Below, piece after piece: positions 60,204 through 64,000 of a DNA stretch of 64,000 nucleotides. Below the pieces are notes generated by a model, which searched no databases, was not told the DNA's origin, and worked only from the letters and a program-made list of their open reading frames with translations. A program made the position numbers and the translations under genes. This DNA comes from Planctomycetota bacterium. GTDB lineage: Bacteria > Planctomycetota > B15-G4 > JADJEK01. The stretch covers positions 64,001 to 128,000 of the forward strand of contig JBGAIQ010000009.1 in NCBI GenBank assembly GCA_044225365.1, in the 5' to 3' direction. Positions within the stretch are counted from its first letter, which is position 1. The number at the start of each line of letters is the position of its first letter.

Positions 60204-63034
60204 TTGCCACCCGGGCCCTTCTCGTCCTTCACTTCGACCGGCGGCCCCTGCGAGTCGTCGATCATGCCGCGGAAGAGTTTCGTGATCTCGGAGTGCTGTA
60301 GTCCGAGGCGGGTCAGGCGGTCACGCGAAATCGCGTCGAGACCACCCTCCGCATTGGCGCCCTGGAGCCGCATGAAGACGTCGAGACGCTTCATCATGCT
60401 CTCCTCCATTCGCTTCAACATGAGCAACTCGGCGACGGGCGGGATCAAGGGCTGCTTCTGTTGCTGCTGCGGCGAATTCCCGTTCTGGCCGTCCGGCGGC
60501 TGGCCCTCCTCGCCCTCCTTCGGCTTGAGCTTCGCCTGCTTGCGGCGCTCGACTTCTTCATCGAGGGTCGCGAGAAGCGTGTCGTAGCGATCGAGGATGT
60601 CGCGCGCGATCGACTGCGTGAAGTCGTCGGTGCGGTAGGGAGCGGTCCCGAGCAGTTCGGTCACTCGATCGAAATCGCCGTCGTTCTGCTCGAGCGCGAA
60701 CGTGAAGACCGTCGCTCCATCCTCGCGCAGCTTCGACACGACCTCCTGATTCTGCACCTTCAGTTCTCGCGACTTCTGCGCGAGCTTCTTCGACGTATTC
60801 TGTCCGACTCGCGACAGCTTGCCCTTGCTCTGGCGCTCGAGTTCGAGCTCCTCGGTCTTGGCTACGACCTCACCCTGGCCCGTACGAAGGAGGGTCAACT
60901 GCTCCTTCACCTTGAAGAGCAACTCCTCCTGGCGAAGGTTCTGGTACTTGTCCTTCTCCTGCTTCAGTTCCTGCTCGGCCTTCTTCAAGAACTTCTCGGC
61001 TTCTTCCTGGCGCGGGGTTGCTTCCTCGCCCTGCTCCTTCTTGAGGCTCGATGCCGCCTGATCCATCTTCGATGCGGCGGCGGAGAGCGACTGCTCGCGT
61101 TCGGGCTTCTTCTCGTCGCGGATACGATCCATCAGCTCTTTCAGCTTCTTCTCGAGCTCCCGCTGACGGCTCTCGAGGTCGTCGTACTTCTGCTGCTGAT
61201 CCGCGGCCGAAGGGGAGTCCTTCGCGGACTGCTCGGCTTCCGACTGCTGCTGGTCGAGCTCCTGCGAGGCCTTCTCGAGTTGTTCACCCGCCTCGCTCTG
61301 GCTCTTCGCTGCTTTCTCCTGCTGGCCGCTGCGCATCGATTGCGCCGCCTGCTGCATCGACTGCGCCGCCGACTCCACGGCCTTCGAGGCTCCCGACGGC
61401 GAATCCTTCTTCATGGCCGCGTCGAGGCGGGAGAGCGTCTTCGCGAGAGCCTCGGCCTGCTGGCTCGCGTACTCCTGCTTCGCGGCGAGGGAGTCGCTCC
61501 GTTCCTGCGCAGCCTTCTCGGCACCGTCGATCGCGTTGCGCGCCTCCTTCATCTTCTCGAGCGCATCGCGTTGCGCCGCGGCCGCGCCTTCGAGGTCGGG
61601 CTTCTCCATCTCGGAACCGGCTTCGTTCGCCGCTTGCGCGCTCTGCTCGAGCGCCGCCGCCGCGTCGCTCGCTCGCTTCTGCGCCGCTTGGTTTCGTTCG
61701 GCGGCCTGCGGATCGCCCGCACTCTTCGAATCGCGTGAGTCCTGCGTCGGCAACTTCTCCACCCGGGAAGCAGCTTCTGCGAGCTTCTTCGCTTCGTCAC
61801 CGAGTTCGCGTTGCTGGTCGGCCGCCTTCGCGTCGGTCGCCGACTTCGAGAGCGCCTTGTCGAGCTGCGCCTTCGCGGCATCGACGTTCTCGTTCTCGGC
61901 GTTCGCGAGCTGCGCCGCCGTGGACGCGTCGCCGTTCTTCTCGGCGTCGCGCGCCGCCTTCATCCGCTCCGAAGCACTCGCGAGTGCTTTGGCGAGGGCT
62001 TCGCGGGCGGTTGCGATCTCGGCGGCGTTCGCCGGATCCTTCGCGCCGTTCTCGCCGTTCTTTGCGTCGGCCGCGGTCGCCTCCTGTGACAACGCGTCCT
62101 TCGCCGCCGCGAGTTGTTCGGCAACCTTCTTCATCGCGTCGGCGTCGCCCGCGGCCTTCGAGTCGTCAGATGCGTCGGCCTTGGACTTCGGGGAGCCGTC
62201 GGCGGAGGCTGCCTCGGCCTTCTTGGCAAGGTCCTTCGCGAGAGCCTTCTGGGCTTCGATCGCGGCCTGTGCAGCGAGGAATCCGGGAGCCGCCCGCTCG
62301 AGCGAGTTCTCGGTCGCTGCGAGCGCGGCATTCTGCTTCGCGATCAGGTTCTCCAACTGGTGCTTCAGAGCGGCGAGTGCCGAGTCCTTCGACTGCGACT
62401 CGCTCGTGTTCTCCTTCGCCAGCTTCTGTTCGTTCTCCTTCAGGTCCTTCAACTGACTCTTCGCCTGCTCGGCGAGAGCCTTCGGATTCGTCGCCAGAAC
62501 GGTCGTCTCGTTCGTCAGCTTCTGCTGCTCGCTCCGCACCTGCGCAATGTCGCGGACCGCTTGTTCGAGCTTCTTGGCTTCGGCGTCGAGCGAATCGAAG
62601 TCCGTTCGATCGAGGAGGATCGCGTACACGGACTCGAGATCCTTGAGCAGGTCCTCCTGCTCCTTCACCGAGGCGAACTCCTGGCGGTCGAGACTCGACC
62701 CGATCTTCTCGATCGTTCGGGTCAGCTCGCGCTTCTTGATCTCGGCGATCGCATTGTCGAGCAGGTCGGCGCTGTGCTGCTTTCCCTCCGCCCGCAGCCG
62801 CTTCGACAGCGACTCCATGTTCTTCTTCGTCGACTCGATGCGGCTCTTGAGGTTCTGCTGCTCCTGCGAGATGCGTTTGACGTCGGTCGCGGCGTCGGTC
62901 TCATCGCTCGCCCACGAGCGTGCGAACGGCAGTGCACAGAGCGACAGCGAGAGGAGACACGGAGCGAAGTGGAATCGGCTTCTCATGGTGTGCCTTACGA
63001 CCGATTGCGCGCGGCGGGGTTCCATCGTTGTCAT
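60200..63034 (-). CDS. Long coiled-coil secreted protein (DUF4175-like)
   Basis: Q/A/E/K-rich heptads, PLIPPVAELLMLK motif, and ATGA overlaps with both neighbours. Confidence 0.75.
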   Translation of the reverse strand: MTTMEPRRAQSVVRHTMRSRFHFAPCLLSLSLCALPFARSWASDETDAATDVKRISQEQQNLKSRIESTKKNMESLSKRLRAEGKQHSADLLDNAIAEIKKRELTRTIEKIGSSLDRQEFASVKEQEDLLKDLESVYAILLDRTDFDSLDAEAKKLEQAVRDIAQVRSEQQKLTNETTVLATNPKALAEQAKSQLKDLKENEQKLAKENTSESQSKDSALAALKHQLENLIAKQNAALAATENSLERAAPGFLAAQAAIEAQKALAKDLAKKAEAASADGSPKSKADASDDSKAAGDADAMKKVAEQLAAAKDALSQEATAADAKNGENGAKDPANAAEIATAREALAKALASASERMKAARDAEKNGDASTAAQLANAENENVDAAKAQLDKALSKSATDAKAADQQRELGDEAKKLAEAASRVEKLPTQDSRDSKSAGDPQAAERNQAAQKRASDAAAALEQSAQAANEAGSEMEKPDLEGAAAAQRDALEKMKEARNAIDGAEKAAQERSDSLAAKQEYASQQAEALAKTLSRLDAAMKKDSPSGASKAVESAAQSMQQAAQSMRSGQQEKAAKSQSEAGEQLEKASQELDQQQSEAEQSAKDSPSAADQQQKYDDLESRQRELEKKLKELMDRIRDEKKPEREQSLSAAASKMDQAASSLKKEQGEEATPRQEEAEKFLKKAEQELKQEKDKYQNLRQEELLFKVKEQLTLLRTGQGEVVAKTEELELERQSKGKLSRVGQNTSKKLAQKSRELKVQNQEVVSKLREDGATVFTFALEQNDGDFDRVTELLGTAPYRTDDFTQSIARDILDRYDTLLATLDEEVERRKQAKLKPKEGEEGQPPDGQNGNSPQQQQKQPLIPPVAELLMLKRMEESMMKRLDVFMRLQGANAEGGLDAISRDRLTRLGLQHSEITKLFRGMIDDSQGPPVEVKDEKGPGGK

Positions 63035-64000
63035 TCTCTCTTCAGCGACTGCTTGGTGCGCTGATTGAGCGACCGTTGATCCTCGACCAGATTGCGAAAC
63101 GTCGCAACGATCTCTTGAAAACTCTCCCACTCATCGAGGCGGGCGATCAAGGCGTCGAGCCGTTCGAGCGCCCGTTTCTCCTCCTCGAGGGCTTGCCGCA
63201 AGGCCAAGGGCCGCTGCGCAGGATCGACGGCGAGCCGTGCATCGGACAGCGCTTTCGCGGCCGCCGGCGAATGCAGCTCGGCGACGTCGATCACGCAATG
63301 GATCATCTCGAAGATGCGACCGAGGATCTCGAGTCGACCGTACGCACTCGCGGCGTTCGCTTCGACGAGCGGTCGCCACAGCTTCGGATCGAACCCGTCC
63401 AATTGGGAGCTGCCGCGCTTCTTCTCGAGCATCACCGCGATCAATCCTTCGACGCCCGAACTCGTGTCGAGCCGATTGAAGAGGTACTCCTCGAAGATCT
63501 CCGCGAACTCTCGGCACTGCTTCAGCGACCGTGCGGTCACCTGGTTCTGGCCCACCTCGAGCGTGGCGACGTCATCGGCCGTCGCGCCGGTCACCCCTTC
63601 GGCCTGGTCGAACTCCTTCAGGATCACTTCGAGTCGCTCGATCTTCTCCTGCTGGAGAGCGCGCAAGGAGCCGACCTCCTCCTTGGTGCGAGTCTGACGC
63701 TCCGCCAGGAGTCGCTGTTTCTCGCCGGGCGCGACGATGTCGACGCGCCGCTCCTCGATCGCCGTCTCGTTGCCGCCGGTCGAGGGCTTGCCGTCCTTGC
63801 CAAGGACGATGCCGTCGAAATTGTCCTTGGCCGCGACGCGATAGACGAGCGACTCCCCCGCCGCCATCGCGCGCGGCCCGCCTTCGTGCTCGAACACCTT
63901 CTGCTTGAGGTCGAGGTGCTCGTAGACGAGGACGCGACGCGATTCGTCCGGACCCTTGCCGATCGGGAAGTCGATCTTCAGCGGGGTCGCACCGCCAAAC
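63031..64000 (-). CDS. Hypothetical protein, C-terminal part (continues beyond window)
   Basis: YRVAAKDN followed by coiled coil. The stop overlaps the next start. Confidence 0.65.
   Translation of the reverse strand, partial: FGGATPLKIDFPIGKGPDESRRVLVYEHLDLKQKVFEHEGGPRAMAAGESLVYRVAAKDNFDGIVLGKDGKPSTGGNETAIEERRVDIVAPGEKQRLLAERQTRTKEEVGSLRALQQEKIERLEVILKEFDQAEGVTGATADDVATLEVGQNQVTARSLKQCREFAEIFEEYLFNRLDTSSGVEGLIAVMLEKKRGSSQLDGFDPKLWRPLVEANAASAYGRLEILGRIFEMIHCVIDVAELHSPAAAKALSDARLAVDPAQRPLALRQALEEEKRALERLDALIARLDEWESFQEIVATFRNLVEDQRSLNQRTKQSLKRE

Overview
High-GC bacterial window whose gene content (many secreted FG-GAP/PKD/cytochrome proteins, eukaryote-like Ser/Thr kinases, prenyltransferase-repeat cluster) suggests Planctomycetota; this taxon call is inference. 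Bases 1-7.5 kb are a decaying integron in the inverted arrangement. It has a 5'-truncated intI, two homologous attI-like sites and at least 7 cassettes bounded by intact or eroded attC sites, and an ISL3 element interrupts the most distal cassette in view. The first cassette carries a complete three-gene TIR + TIR(ThsB-like) + tandem-SLATT operon, a Thoeris-like candidate defence system with a membrane-only effector. Next comes an imuA-imuB-dnaE2 mutasome whose sigma70-like promoter carries two GTTC-N7-GTTC boxes. The middle holds secreted proteins, two of which share an unannotated C-terminal domain, and an apparently split, Sec-secreted Rhs pair: a YD shell with an HEXXH payload, followed by a separate DUF6531-like/YD protein. 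The right part is mostly housekeeping: cysS, LytS/LytTR, nusA-infB-DUF503-rbfA with a rimP-leader-like terminator but no rimP, a coupled thiS-thiG-larE operon, and a prenyltransferase-repeat/coiled-coil cluster. All family calls come from motif recognition by eye; no database search was run.
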